From: Candidatus Hydrogenedentota bacterium
Lineage (GTDB): Bacteria > Hydrogenedentota > Hydrogenedentia > Hydrogenedentales > SLHB01
Assembly: GCA_029974275.1 (NCBI GenBank)
Contig: JARKSN010000328.1
Coordinates: forward strand, 1 to 53,562
Length of the DNA: 53,562 bases
Reading direction: 5' to 3'
The position numbers and the translations under genes are program-made. This document shows positions 26,747 to 37,074 of this stretch, in pieces. The notes beneath the pieces were generated by a model. That model did not search any database, was not told the DNA's origin, and saw only the letters and a list, made by a program, of their open reading frames with translations. Numbering within the stretch: the stretch's first letter is position 1; each line of letters begins with the position of its first letter.

Positions 26747-29700
26747 TGACGATCTGGATGTCGTAGATGTCTGTCCGCCCATCCTGATTGGTGTCGGTCG
26801 CGGGATGCGCCGCCATATGCAGCGCCGCCACGATCACGATCTGGATGTCCAATGCGTCCACGCGCCCGTCGCCGTCGATGTCCGCCGGATTGACGATGGT
26901 CACGGAGGGCGCTTGCCGCTCTTCGCCGTAGTCGATTCCATCGTAAGGACGTATCGCGTATTGCCACGTTTCGCCCACGCGCGTTTGGTCCGCACGGATT
27001 AGCAGGCGCCCATCGAGAGCGCCCACGCGCGTCCCGTTGCGAAACCAGCGGATGTCAGACCGTTCCTCCGGGTCCTGATCGGGGTCGGCATATGCGTACA
27101 CGGCGCGAAGATCGTCCCACGGCGCAGGCCGCGGCGGATCGATCGCAGCCTGCGCGATGTCGGGCGGATGATTGGGCGGACGCACAACAACCAGCGGCAC
27201 GACCTCCGACTGAATGTTCACGCCATCTGCGGCGACGATCGCAAGGGACTCGTAAGCCCCCAGGTCGGCGCGCGTGGGCGACCAGACGAAAAGGCCTGTT
27301 CCGTCCCCGTTATCCAGGAAGGCGGCCCCTTCCGGAAGGTTGTTCGCGGACAAAACCGGCGCGCGCACCGGACTGTCGGCGCCGACGCCGAACAAGAACA
27401 GTTGCCCAAACGATGCCGTTCTACGGCCAATCGGATGCAGCAACAGCCCATCGAGCGGATAGGCCGAAAAATCGCTCGGCTCGAAACCCGGCGGTTCGCC
27501 GCCCCCCGCCGAGATGCCTGTCAGCCCCGACGAAGCGCGCACGTCGAGCCAGCTTATCTCGATGCGTCCCTGGAAATAGAGGCGTATCTGGAAGGTGCTC
27601 TCGGTGCCGGGCGCGCCCCACCGGGGCACATCCCGCCACGTAACGGCCACGTGATCGGGCATCTCCTTGTACGAAACGGTCCCCCCGCCCGAAAACGAAG
27701 GATCGAGATCTTGAAACAAGCCGCTGACGCGCGGCGCGTCGAAGTGATACGAGAACGACGAAACTTGAATCGTGTCGGGGGCGTCGAACGTGACGTAGCC
27801 GTTGCTGCCAATATAGATCGTGTCGTAAGCCGTTCCGTACAAAAAAACCTGTTTCCCGGGCGGCAACCCGACGCCATAGCTATCGTCGTCTTCAAGGAAA
27901 AAACGTATGCCTCCCTGAGGATCCGTCGGCAAACTGACCAAATTATGCGCGATCTGCGGATGGTAGCCCGCCAGCGAAGCGTCCGGCGTCAAGATCAACG
28001 TCGTATGCGCCAAATCGAAATCTCCGGAGAAAAGCTGGCCGAATCGATCAATACGCGGTCCCGTCATAAACGAGAACAACTCCCCGCTGTTCGTGGCGAG
28101 CGTCCGATTGCCGGCGAAATCCGCCGCCACAATCACGAAGCAGTAGCGCGTTTCGGGCATAAGACCTGGCAGACGCGCCCCGTGGACGGTCTCATAGCGA
28201 AGCTCGTCGAATTCTTCCTCGAGCCGGTCTGGGGCGACGCCGTACAAGATGCGGCACCGGGCGGGCTCGGACGTCGTGAATGAAATCAGCGCCGCGTTGG
28301 AAATCGATTCCACGCTCACATCGGCCACATCCGGAGCCGCGCAATCCACCGGAGCCTGCGCCTGCAGGGTCTCCGCGAACCCCAGCTCCGTGTGCTCGTC
28401 AATATACTCCGCGTACAATACGTCGTGATCTATCACGCCGACTCCCCCGGGACCGGAAACGCCCAGAACCGCCTCCCCCTTGAACATTCCGGTCGACAAG
28501 CCTGTTTCCATCAGCGCCAAGATCTGACCGTCGGGGTCGCTGCTCGAATACACGCGCGCATAGGCCGTTTCCGGGGTCGCCGGATCGGCGTTGAGATCGC
28601 AGTCCATCACCATCACCTCCGCGATCCCGGAACAGGCATAGGCGACAGCGGTGAATGCAATCGCTCCCGTCGCCCCGCATGTCCGGACTCCGGGAGAAGC
28701 AGCCAACGTGAACGGCTGGTCTCCCTCGGGCACGCTGTATCCCGCCACGCGCAACAACCACCGGCCCGGCTCGGGCGACGCGACCCAAATCTGTTCGACG
28801 TTGTTTCCATGATCAGGACCCGCGCGCGTTGCGACGTTGTCGGGCCGCGCCGGATCGAGCGTCCAGGGAAAATGCGATGACGACGACGGCGAGACCGCGA
28901 CAAGATCGAGATCGTTGACCAGCGCCGGGGCGACGTTCAACGTGCCGGGCGCGTCGTCCCACACCAGAGTCGCGCGCAATTCGCTTGTCCCCGGAGGAAC
29001 CTCGACGACATAGGTCTTCACCTCCCGATCCGCCACGTTTTCCTCGAAAAACTGCCCGGTTCGCGCAAACGCGACCGCCGCCGCCGCACGCACCGCGCCA
29101 TACCCGAACTGAAAATCAGGCCCTGGATTTCCGCGATCGGCAGCCGTGTGGAGGAGCAAGGCCTTCAACGTCGCATTGGGCGGATCCTGCTGTGCATATT
29201 GCGGAAAACGAGCGCGCAGGTCCTGCAACAACAGCGCGCAGATGCCCGTAACCGTCGGCGCCGCCATCGACGTGCCCGACAGTGTCACGTACCCTCCGTT
29301 CAGGCCCGTGGAGGTGACGCCCCCATCGTCGGTGGCCTGGGAACCTGGCGCGCACACATCCGGCTTGAGCCGCCCATCGTCCGTTGGCCCCCAGCCGCTG
29401 AAACGGGTCATGCTGTCGTCGTTCGAATAGATGGCCCCCACGCAAATCGGATTTTTCGCGCCGGACGGCGGATCGATCGACGCATAATTCACCGGACAGG
29501 CATACGATCCGCGCTCGTTGCCCGCCGCCCAGACAACGCGGAACGGTTTTCCCAACGCCCCCGCCACAATGCCGTCGATCAACGCCGAAACCGCGCCGTA
29601 GTCGCCGATGAACGAACAATTCAACCCGTTAAGCCCTATGTTGGACCCGATGGAATTGTTGGCGATGGCGGCGCCTGCCTCATCGATGGCGGCGCGATAG

Positions 29701-30740
29701 TCCTGCTCGATGTCCCCTATGTCCGTATAGAGACTGTCGCCGGTGCCCTGCAGCGCGTACGCATAACTCTCGATGCGCACGCCGGGAGCCATGCCGCGCC
29801 ACTGGTGCGGCATGCCGCCGTGCAACGCGCTATTCGCGCCACTGCCGCCGATCGTGCCCGAAACATGTGTGGCGTGCGTCTCGGGCTCTCCCGGGTCCCG
29901 CGCGGTGAGGCGTCCGCCAAAATCCGGGTGCGTCGCATCCGCAGGTCCCCCGTCATACACCATCACCACAACCCCCTCCCCATCGAGCGCGTCCGGGGGC
30001 GACAGCAGCAAATTGACCTCCGTCGCACGGCGATTGCCGTCATTGACCGGTCCTAGCGCCGGCAACGCGGGTTCGATCCATTGGACATCATCCTCTTCTG
30101 CGATCGCGCGCACGGCGCGAACGGGAACTTCTGCCGCAATGCATCGCGCCGCCGGCGACGATCCCATGACGCGCGCGCCATGCTTCGCCAGCAAACGCAT
30201 CGCCTTGGCGTCCAGCGGCACATCGCGGAAAAATTGGACATACACGGCGCGCCAAGGCCCCTCGGCGCCGCCTTTCTCCGGCGGCACGACATGGGAAGGG
30301 GGGGCGTCTCCAAGCAACTGCGGCGACAGTTTCCACTCGACGCGCGGCGCAACCATCGTGACGGAGGCGTCCAGCATCTTGGCGCCGTTCCATCGGGCAA
30401 ACCATGCGTGGCGCCCCAAGCTGGAAAGCAGCGTAAGGCCCTGCTGTTCCAACGCAGCGCGCGCCTCTGGCCCTGGATTTTCCTCAAACTGGACAACGAC
30501 ATGGCCCGGCGCCGAAGCCGACTTTGCCGCGGATGCCAACGCCGCTCCGCTTCGCCACGGAATAGGAGAAGCGGCCCACGTGCCGCTCGCAAAGCACGCG
30601 ACAAGCGTCGCCGCCGCGATCCACCGACAGACCGCGCCGCCCTGCGAAGTTGTGCTTGCCGTCAACAGACATCTCCTTGTCGCCGTCAACGCGCCCGCCG
30701 GCGCCTGCAACGACAGAACCCTCTTCCTTCCTTCACGCAT
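26718..30740 (-). CDS. Secreted S8 (subtilisin-like) serine peptidase with FN3/Ig-like/nidogen-like modules and C-terminal dockerin-like repeat
   Basis: Catalytic triad VYDGG / THATHVSGTIG / SGTSMAAP, plus GRLKPDVCAPG and LVNDLDL. C-terminal ADIDGDGRVDALDIQ...DTNQDGRTDIYDIQ. Start position uncertain. Confidence 0.88.
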   Translation of the reverse strand: MREGRKRVLSLQAPAGALTATRRCLLTASTTSQGGAVCRWIAAATLVACFASGTWAASPIPWRSGAALASAAKSASAPGHVVVQFEENPGPEARAALEQQGLTLLSSLGRHAWFARWNGAKMLDASVTMVAPRVEWKLSPQLLGDAPPSHVVPPEKGGAEGPWRAVYVQFFRDVPLDAKAMRLLAKHGARVMGSSPAARCIAAEVPVRAVRAIAEEDDVQWIEPALPALGPVNDGNRRATEVNLLLSPPDALDGEGVVVMVYDGGPADATHPDFGGRLTARDPGEPETHATHVSGTIGGSGANSALHGGMPHQWRGMAPGVRIESYAYALQGTGDSLYTDIGDIEQDYRAAIDEAGAAIANNSIGSNIGLNGLNCSFIGDYGAVSALIDGIVAGALGKPFRVVWAAGNERGSYACPVNYASIDPPSGAKNPICVGAIYSNDDSMTRFSGWGPTDDGRLKPDVCAPGSQATDDGGVTSTGLNGGYVTLSGTSMAAPTVTGICALLLQDLRARFPQYAQQDPPNATLKALLLHTAADRGNPGPDFQFGYGAVRAAAAVAFARTGQFFEENVADREVKTYVVEVPPGTSELRATLVWDDAPGTLNVAPALVNDLDLVAVSPSSSSHFPWTLDPARPDNVATRAGPDHGNNVEQIWVASPEPGRWLLRVAGYSVPEGDQPFTLAASPGVRTCGATGAIAFTAVAYACSGIAEVMVMDCDLNADPATPETAYARVYSSSDPDGQILALMETGLSTGMFKGEAVLGVSGPGGVGVIDHDVLYAEYIDEHTELGFAETLQAQAPVDCAAPDVADVSVESISNAALISFTTSEPARCRILYGVAPDRLEEEFDELRYETVHGARLPGLMPETRYCFVIVAADFAGNRTLATNSGELFSFMTGPRIDRFGQLFSGDFDLAHTTLILTPDASLAGYHPQIAHNLVSLPTDPQGGIRFFLEDDDSYGVGLPPGKQVFLYGTAYDTIYIGSNGYVTFDAPDTIQVSSFSYHFDAPRVSGLFQDLDPSFSGGGTVSYKEMPDHVAVTWRDVPRWGAPGTESTFQIRLYFQGRIEISWLDVRASSGLTGISAGGGEPPGFEPSDFSAYPLDGLLLHPIGRRTASFGQLFLFGVGADSPVRAPVLSANNLPEGAAFLDNGDGTGLFVWSPTRADLGAYESLAIVAADGVNIQSEVVPLVVVRPPNHPPDIAQAAIDPPRPAPWDDLRAVYAYADPDQDPEERSDIRWFRNGTRVGALDGRLLIRADQTRVGETWQYAIRPYDGIDYGEERQAPSVTIVNPADIDGDGRVDALDIQIVIVAALHMAAHPATDTNQDGRTDIYDIQIVINAALGLLR

Positions 30741-30925
30741 GCCATTTTATCACGCTGCGCCATAGGCTCAAACGATGGCAGGACAACGCAGGCCATCGCA
30801 TCGCGACGCGCCTCCTCGTGCCCTGCTTCGCGCCGTTTGGGAACGCAGCTTTTTTAGGGCTAGAACCGGCGTCCGGCGCGCCTAGGGCCATCGCCCTTTG
30901 ATTGCGGTTTGGCCGGAAACCGCCG

Positions 30926-33076
30926 CTATCCGTCCGACAGCGGCGAAGGAGGCGGCTGGTTCGCGCCCCACGGCGTTGGGACATCGGACAATTCAAAGCG
31001 CAACGTGCCGCCGAGCCCTATTTCGCCATGACGCAGCCACGCGCGCATCAGGGGTTTGTCGTCGAGCCATGCCCGCCGTATGTACCGCATGTCCGGCCCG
31101 GCTCCCGGCGCTTCGATGGCGAGGACATCGCCGCTCTTGCCCAACGTCAACGTGATTTTCTCGAACGCCGGCGTCGTGAGGAGGTAGACGTCCTGCCCCA
31201 TGACGGGATACAGCCCCATCGCGGAACACATGAAGAATGCGCTCTGGCAGCCCATGTCCTCGTTATCGGCGAGACCGTCGCGCGTGGGCTTGAAATATTT
31301 GTCCATGCACGCGCGCACGCGTTCGGCGGCGCGATCGGGGCGCCCCGCGTAGGTGTACAGATACGGGACGTGCAACATCGTCTCCTTCGAGTGATAATGC
31401 CCCTCGTCGAAAAAACGGTCGAGATGCGCGATGAAGGCTTCGTCGCCGCCGTGACGTTGAATGAGTCCCTCGAAATCGTGATGCACGCTAAACGACCATT
31501 GCCAGCTCGTGCCCTCGTAAAAATAGGGATCGTTCCAACTGTCCGGCAGGCAATGCGCCGGGTCGAAGGGTTCGACCCATTGGCCGTCGGGACGGCGTGG
31601 CGCGAAGAATTGGATGTCGTCGCGCCAGAGGTTCCACGCCCTTCGGGAACTCTCGTAGTAGACCTTCGCGAGTTCGTGTTGTTTGAGATGGTCCGCCAGA
31701 CGCCCGATGCACCAATCCTGGTAGGCGTATTCGAGATGTCGCGACACGCAGTTTTTGCGCACGTTGGTGCTGAGGTAACCGAGATCGCGGTAATCCTGGA
31801 GATAACGTCCGTAGAGATACGGATCGGGCGATTCGACCTCGTTGTTCTTGCGCATGCATCGCATCGCGCGGACGTAGTCGATGCCGCGGATGCCCTTGAG
31901 CGCCGCCTCGCAAAACAAGATGTCCGGGCTGCACCCGCCTTGAATCATGCCCGAGTGTCCGGCGGTCCACACATCGGGCAGCCAGCCCGTGTGATCGGCG
32001 ACATCGATGAGACAATTCAGCATGTCCGCTTCAAGTTCCGGATCGAAAAGCGAGATAAGCGCGTTCGCGTTCCGCACGCTGTCCCAGATCGTGTAGAAGT
32101 CCCAGAAATGGCGCACCCCCGAATGCCACAGCGGGTTCTCGTCGTCGACGCCGAGGTCCGTCGGCATGCAGAGCAGTCGCGTGAACAAGGTGTAGAACAA
32201 CGTGCGGTGCACGTCCGTGCCGCCCTCGACGCGAATGCGCGCCAACGCGCGCTCCCATATGGCCTCGGCCTCGCGGCGAATCGCGTCGAAGTCCTTCCGG
32301 CCCGATTCGCGCTCGACGCTGGCCCGCGCCTTTGCAACACTGACGAAGGAAATGCCGACGCGCAGTTCGACTTCGCTGGCGTTTCCGAAGCCCGCCGCCG
32401 CGCGGCACTCGGGGCCGTCGGCGATGGAAAACGGCATCACGCCGAAGTGGTTGCTGACCATGTGTTGCTCGACGGGCCGATCGAAAAGCACGTAGAAATA
32501 GACCGAGTATGGAAAGGCGTGCCCCCACCCCGCGCGGAAATCGCCGCGCCCGATGATCTCGGTCTCCGACGCAAACTCGATGAATCCGCCGGTGCAGGCT
32601 CCGGTGCCATCCTCGCGCCGATCGCCGGGCACCATGCCGCCGGTCTGGATAACCGCCCCCGCGTCGACGAGGACATTCGCGTCGACGTTGCCCGGAAACG
32701 CGTAGCGGTGCACGCCCGTGCGCGGCGTCGCGGTCAATTCGACGCGAATGCCCGAAGGCGTCAACGTCGTCGCGTAGTATCCCGACGCGGCGGCTTCGTT
32801 CTCGTGACCGCAGCCATCCAGGCGCGTGCGTAATGGCCCCGTAAAAGGCATAACCCCGACGTTGCCGTAGCGTCCGCCGCCGCCCGTGCCGCTGACGTGC
32901 GTATGACTGAAATGAAGTATGGGGGTCCCGCTGCGGTAGCCGCTTGTGGGTTGCGGGAACAGCGTGTCCGGCCCCAAGCGCACGATGCCGTGCGGCAGGT
33001 GCGGCCCGCACAAGGCGTGGCCCGGCGGATCGGCGCCAACGAAAGGATCAACGCATGAAAAGCAGGAACCGTTCAT
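30926..33076 (-). CDS. GH92 alpha-1,2-mannosidase family glycoside hydrolase
   Basis: VDPFVG, VRLGPDT, FSHTHVSGTG, ELTATPRTGVHRY, SRHLEYAYQDW, FYEGTSWQW, DNEDMGCQSA, GLYPV. No signal peptide. Confidence 0.93.
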   Translation of the reverse strand: MNGSCFSCVDPFVGADPPGHALCGPHLPHGIVRLGPDTLFPQPTSGYRSGTPILHFSHTHVSGTGGGGRYGNVGVMPFTGPLRTRLDGCGHENEAAASGYYATTLTPSGIRVELTATPRTGVHRYAFPGNVDANVLVDAGAVIQTGGMVPGDRREDGTGACTGGFIEFASETEIIGRGDFRAGWGHAFPYSVYFYVLFDRPVEQHMVSNHFGVMPFSIADGPECRAAAGFGNASEVELRVGISFVSVAKARASVERESGRKDFDAIRREAEAIWERALARIRVEGGTDVHRTLFYTLFTRLLCMPTDLGVDDENPLWHSGVRHFWDFYTIWDSVRNANALISLFDPELEADMLNCLIDVADHTGWLPDVWTAGHSGMIQGGCSPDILFCEAALKGIRGIDYVRAMRCMRKNNEVESPDPYLYGRYLQDYRDLGYLSTNVRKNCVSRHLEYAYQDWCIGRLADHLKQHELAKVYYESSRRAWNLWRDDIQFFAPRRPDGQWVEPFDPAHCLPDSWNDPYFYEGTSWQWSFSVHHDFEGLIQRHGGDEAFIAHLDRFFDEGHYHSKETMLHVPYLYTYAGRPDRAAERVRACMDKYFKPTRDGLADNEDMGCQSAFFMCSAMGLYPVMGQDVYLLTTPAFEKITLTLGKSGDVLAIEAPGAGPDMRYIRRAWLDDKPLMRAWLRHGEIGLGGTLRFELSDVPTPWGANQPPPSPLSDG

Positions 33077-33127
33077 CTCAGGACCCCCTGCGGTTGATGG
33101 CGCGGCGAACGGTCGCGCGCGCCATCC

Positions 33128-33895
33128 CTACGTTTCGGCGGAGGAAATGCCGTCCTCGGCGCGCATGATTTCGTTCCAATCGTATACGCCGGCGATGCGC
33201 TGGCCCGGCTCCACGATCAAAAATTCTTCTGGATTCCATTCCCCCCACATCAGCGCCTGAATCAGTCGGATATCGCCGTCGAGATGGACATACGCCTTTC
33301 CTTCGGCCTCGGCTTGCGCGCGAAACGTCTGGGCATGGCCCAAATGGGCGGTTTGGGGCAAATCGATGAAGACCGCCCGCGCCGGGGTGGACGTCGCGGC
33401 GGGCGGATGCAGCGAATCCCAAATGTAGCGGGCGGCTTCCTCGCCGTATTGTTCGACATACGACGCATACGCGTCGCCGTAGAGCAAGGTGCAATCGCCC
33501 TCCTCAACCCGCATGAAATAGTTGCCGCGCTCGAGGTATCCCGCCGACCCGAACGGCGTGCTGGGATCGTCCGAAAAATGCTCCCGAAAACGTTCCCGCG
33601 ATCCCAGCAAAATCGCGCAACAATCGTGCGCGCGCGGAATGATCACGCGTTTGGTCCGAGCCTGCAGCCCTGCCGTCGCGTTGCCGCAAAGACCGTAGAG
33701 CAACAGGATCGCATCGTAGTTCCGCGCATTGTCGTCGGCGGCGTCGATCCGCGCCTGAAGACTCGCGCGCAAGGTTGCGCTGTGAACGTGCTCGCCGACC
33801 TCCGTGAATTCGGCGTCGATAATATGCGGCGATTGCGCGATGCACCCATAGGCTTCCCGAAGAAATACGTTGCAGGCGATGAGTTTGAACAGCAT
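33128..33895 (-). CDS. DUF1638 domain protein
   Basis: KLIACNVF.RE, YDAILLLYGLCGNATAGL, IIPRAHDCCAILLGS. Start at ATG 33895. Confidence 0.85.
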   Translation of the reverse strand: MLFKLIACNVFLREAYGCIAQSPHIIDAEFTEVGEHVHSATLRASLQARIDAADDNARNYDAILLLYGLCGNATAGLQARTKRVIIPRAHDCCAILLGSRERFREHFSDDPSTPFGSAGYLERGNYFMRVEEGDCTLLYGDAYASYVEQYGEEAARYIWDSLHPPAATSTPARAVFIDLPQTAHLGHAQTFRAQAEAEGKAYVHLDGDIRLIQALMWGEWNPEEFLIVEPGQRIAGVYDWNEIMRAEDGISSAET

Positions 33896-33918
33896 GCGGC
33901 GGTCTCCCAATGCATTGC

Positions 33919-34887
33919 TCAACTGCGATCCGCCGGAGCGGACATGGAAGAGTCGGCGGGGGCCTGTTCCTCCTCCTGGGTAAGGTAGGCGAGCGCTTTC
34001 GCGAAGCGTTCCGCCTCGATGGTCACGGCGCCTTCGCGGCATTGCCGCCGCACCCACGCCTGCTCCACGCAATCCCGTTTGCGTTGCAGCAGCGCGTGAC
34101 GCAGCATGGCCCGGGAAGGGTGGGTCTCCTCGGGAAGGCGCGTTTCCGTTCCGCCGCCCGCCTTCTCGAGCGCGCGGTTCAACTCCTCGTCGGAAACGGC
34201 GATCGGCTCGCCATGAATCGCATCGAGCAGCTTGGCGCGCCGCAATCCGTCCCGCAATGCAGCGTGGCTGGCCAATTCGAGAGCGCGCGCGCGCGATGGA
34301 ACCCAGAAACGATCCAGTTTTTCGGGCGTATCGTATCGCGCACGCAACGCGTCCCACTGCTCGCGCGGAATGCCCAGGGGAGCCAGCTTCTTCTCATACG
34401 CCGCGTCTGCCTCGTTCGGATTGGAAAGCGCCGCGGCAAGCGCCGCACGCGTGGCCTTGAGCTCCTCGGTCGTTTTGGAAAATACGTCTGGATCCACCTG
34501 CATCAACGCGAATCGCGCCGCGCGCTCCGCCGCGATTTCCTCGTCGCTCACGACGATATGCGCCGCCTCGATGGCATCCGCGCGCAACATCGCGACAATC
34601 CGGACGATGAGACGGCGGTTTTCGGCGTTCCATTCTTCGCCGTCTTCTCCGGACGCGTCATCCGCGGCGCCCTCCTCGCTTGCTCCGTCCCCGCCAAGCC
34701 CAGAAACGAGGTCCCGCTGATAGATGGGTTTCCCGTTCACCAACGCCACAACCGCGCCGCTTTCGCCCTTGGGACCGGACGGAGCGGCGGACCGCTCCCG
34801 CGTCGAGCCCAGCGCCCAAAAAGCCGCATGAACGGCCCCATACGTCAACGCGCCGATCAACAGCGCCCACAGCAATGTCGACTTCAT
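33919..34887 (-). CDS. Membrane-anchored hypothetical protein, SurA N-terminal-like helical chaperone fold
   Basis: N-terminal TM helix, VVALVNGKPI, IVVSDEEI and a repeated IAVSDEEL. Start could be 34902 or 34887. Confidence 0.6.
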   Translation of the reverse strand: MKSTLLWALLIGALTYGAVHAAFWALGSTRERSAAPSGPKGESGAVVALVNGKPIYQRDLVSGLGGDGASEEGAADDASGEDGEEWNAENRRLIVRIVAMLRADAIEAAHIVVSDEEIAAERAARFALMQVDPDVFSKTTEELKATRAALAAALSNPNEADAAYEKKLAPLGIPREQWDALRARYDTPEKLDRFWVPSRARALELASHAALRDGLRRAKLLDAIHGEPIAVSDEELNRALEKAGGGTETRLPEETHPSRAMLRHALLQRKRDCVEQAWVRRQCREGAVTIEAERFAKALAYLTQEEEQAPADSSMSAPADRS

Positions 34888-35106
34888 CTCTTTCCATGGC
34901 ATCGCGACGCACTCCGGACAGCCGCGGACACGGCATCCATTCCGCGCCTGTTCTCAAGGGACGCACGCGCGCCGTTCCAACGAAGGCGCTTCCGCTCCGC
35001 ACAACGCGCGCGCAAACAAACCGACAGGGGACAGTAATGCGGACGCCACGCCGTTTTCAATTCGTCGAACCCTTCCGGCGCACGGGAATACGCCCGACGC
35101 AGACCG

Positions 35107-35586
35107 TCACGGGCGCGTTTTGGGAGTCCTGGGAATGACGTTGAGAAACATCCGGCGCGCACGCGCGGCGCAAAGGATAGCCCCAACCACAAGCGCGACC
35201 GCCGCCGCGCCGGGCAGATGCGATCGCCCCGCCTCTTGAAAGGACCCGGGATCGGAGGGGTTGTACACAAGCCGCACGCTGGTTTTGCCCACGGCATGCG
35301 GGTCGACGGGAGGCTTGCCGCGGAATATGCCGCTGTAGATGGCGCCGGTGACGGGATGGACGTACCGCAGCCGATACGAGTCGGCCCCCAGCGATTCCGC
35401 CGTGCCGATCACGGGCTTGCCAACGATATCAAGCTTGGCGGTTTTGTCAAGACGCGCCGCATTGCCTATCCAGATGGCCGCACAGGTGCATCCGGCGCCG
35501 AGCAACGCCAGCAGGGCCGCCCGCCGCCACAACGCGCGCAACGGGTGCGCCGGACTAGCGGAGGGCGTCGAGAATGGCGCGGACAT
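35107..35586 (-). CDS. Small two-TM hypothetical protein (DUF3592-like)
   Basis: TM, soluble beta domain (VGKTSVRLVYNPSDP), TM. Start at ATG 35586 overlaps the upstream gene end. Confidence 0.55.
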   Translation of the reverse strand: MSAPFSTPSASPAHPLRALWRRAALLALLGAGCTCAAIWIGNAARLDKTAKLDIVGKPVIGTAESLGADSYRLRYVHPVTGAIYSGIFRGKPPVDPHAVGKTSVRLVYNPSDPGSFQEAGRSHLPGAAAVALVVGAILCAARARRMFLNVIPRTPKTRP

Positions 35587-36436
35587 GACATACATCGCGT
35601 TGCAGCACGGCGAAACGCTCCTCGCCGGTCGGATAGCGGCCCAGCGATTCGTCTTCGATGCAGAGATCGCCGTCATACCCCGCCGCGTCAAGAAGCCGCA
35701 CTACCTTGGCGTGGTCGATATCGCCCTCGTCCAGCGGCGCCACGCACTGCTCATATTCCCAGCCCGCCTCGCGAACCGTCTCGCGCACATCATCGGGATA
35801 GCGGATGTTTTTCAGGTGCGTATGCTTTGCGTGCGGGGCCAGCAATGCCAGAATGCCGTACACCTCCGACAGCGGATAGCCGCGCCAATAGAAATTGCCG
35901 GTGTCCAACGTGACGCCAAGCCGGGGCGAGCCGGCGCCGCGAAATACATGCAACAAAAAGGCCAGGTTGTTGCCCTGAAACCCATGGTTCTCGATGCCAA
36001 GGGCCACGCCGGCCCCATCGGTGCGCGCGAGGGCCTTGGCCAGTCCCTCCGCAAACAGCCCGACGCGCGTCTCGAAATCGAACTCGCGTTCGCGCGCCAT
36101 CGCCGAATCGATCCGCACAACCGGCACGCAAGCGGCCTGCGCCCGCTCGATGGCCCGGACCACCCAATCGACGGTCGCGGTCTGCGGCCCCACGCTGAAA
36201 TCGCACGACGTGAGAAAAGCCGCCAAGCGCAACCCCATGTCCGCGACGCGCGATCGATACGCAGCGGCGTCCGCGGCGGAACGCAGAGGAACCGTCCCCT
36301 TCGAATCCATCGCACAGACCGTAAAATCATCGCGCAACGCGATCTCGACCGCGCCCACGCCCAAGGCGCGCGCCGTATCCGCAGGCATCCCCAACGCTGG
36401 ATCGCATAACAATGCGTCCCGGATTGAAATATACAC
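35555..36436 (-). CDS. Sugar phosphate isomerase/epimerase (AP_endonuc_2 TIM barrel)
   Basis: Metal motifs LGIENHG, LDTGNFYW, HTHLKN, GDIDH, LCIEDE. GTG start at 36436 follows an AAGGAG RBS. Confidence 0.88.
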   Translation of the reverse strand: MYISIRDALLCDPALGMPADTARALGVGAVEIALRDDFTVCAMDSKGTVPLRSAADAAAYRSRVADMGLRLAAFLTSCDFSVGPQTATVDWVVRAIERAQAACVPVVRIDSAMAREREFDFETRVGLFAEGLAKALARTDGAGVALGIENHGFQGNNLAFLLHVFRGAGSPRLGVTLDTGNFYWRGYPLSEVYGILALLAPHAKHTHLKNIRYPDDVRETVREAGWEYEQCVAPLDEGDIDHAKVVRLLDAAGYDGDLCIEDESLGRYPTGEERFAVLQRDVCHVRAILDALR

Positions 36437-36453
36437 GTCTGCAACAACTCCTT

Positions 36454-36951
36454 TTACAGAAAAACCGTCGCCGCGCGCGTTCCCGGCGGCGCCCGACGCG
36501 TCATCGCGTCCTTGGCCTTCGCGCTCTTGCGAAAAACGCCGGTGTCCGGATCGTAGGAATAGACCTCTCGCATGTCCGTGCGATCGTGTTGCCCAGACGC
36601 GTACACATACTGATTCACGCCGATCTTGGCCCACCCGCTCCGCACGCCGCCGTCAATGATAGCCGTAAACAATGGCGTTTCGTCGCTCGATTCCGCCCCC
36701 ACCGGCGCCGCGTCCAACTCGAGCGGATACACCGGCGTGCGGCCCTCGGCTTGCCGTTGCGCCGCATAATGCCCCAGGGCCTTCACGATTGTCTCGACAT
36801 CGGCCGCTTCCGTCTGGATCGTTTTCGCGGCGGGCTTCCCCGAAAATTTGTCCCAATTCCACACCACAAACCCCGTCACCAAAGCCACCAAAATAAACAA
36901 AATGATCAACTCGCTCAGACTGTACCCGGCATTTCCACGACCATGAGGCAT
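36454..36951 (-). CDS. Type IV pilin/pseudopilin-like protein
   Basis: Class III signal G|YSLSELIILFILVALV with Glu at +5, and YPLEL in the head domain. Confidence 0.7.
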   Translation of the reverse strand: MPHGRGNAGYSLSELIILFILVALVTGFVVWNWDKFSGKPAAKTIQTEAADVETIVKALGHYAAQRQAEGRTPVYPLELDAAPVGAESSDETPLFTAIIDGGVRSGWAKIGVNQYVYASGQHDRTDMREVYSYDPDTGVFRKSAKAKDAMTRRAPPGTRAATVFL

Positions 36952-37074
36952 TGCTATGGATCTTTCTCGTTCCGCTGTTCCTTGCCCAAAAACCATACCG
37001 GGGCAGTCTACCTTTCTCTCGGGACTCAATCAATCGCTCCGCGCATACGCGGCTCCCCGGCGGCAGGAAAGGCG

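Noticed and set aside
30902..32833. Long antisense ORFs opposite real genes (also 4318-5913, 5886-7355, 10164-11702, 19264-20754, 51621-53210)
   Set aside because: Typical high-GC shadow ORFs that fully overlap well-supported genes on the other strand.
33128..34357. N-terminal extensions in the ORF track (DUF1638 409 aa; also sucB, amrA, Gfo/Idh/MocA, isomerase, kinase, gpmI)
   Set aside because: The extensions overlap neighbouring genes or promoters and are low-complexity. Downstream starts fit RBS position and domain boundaries better.
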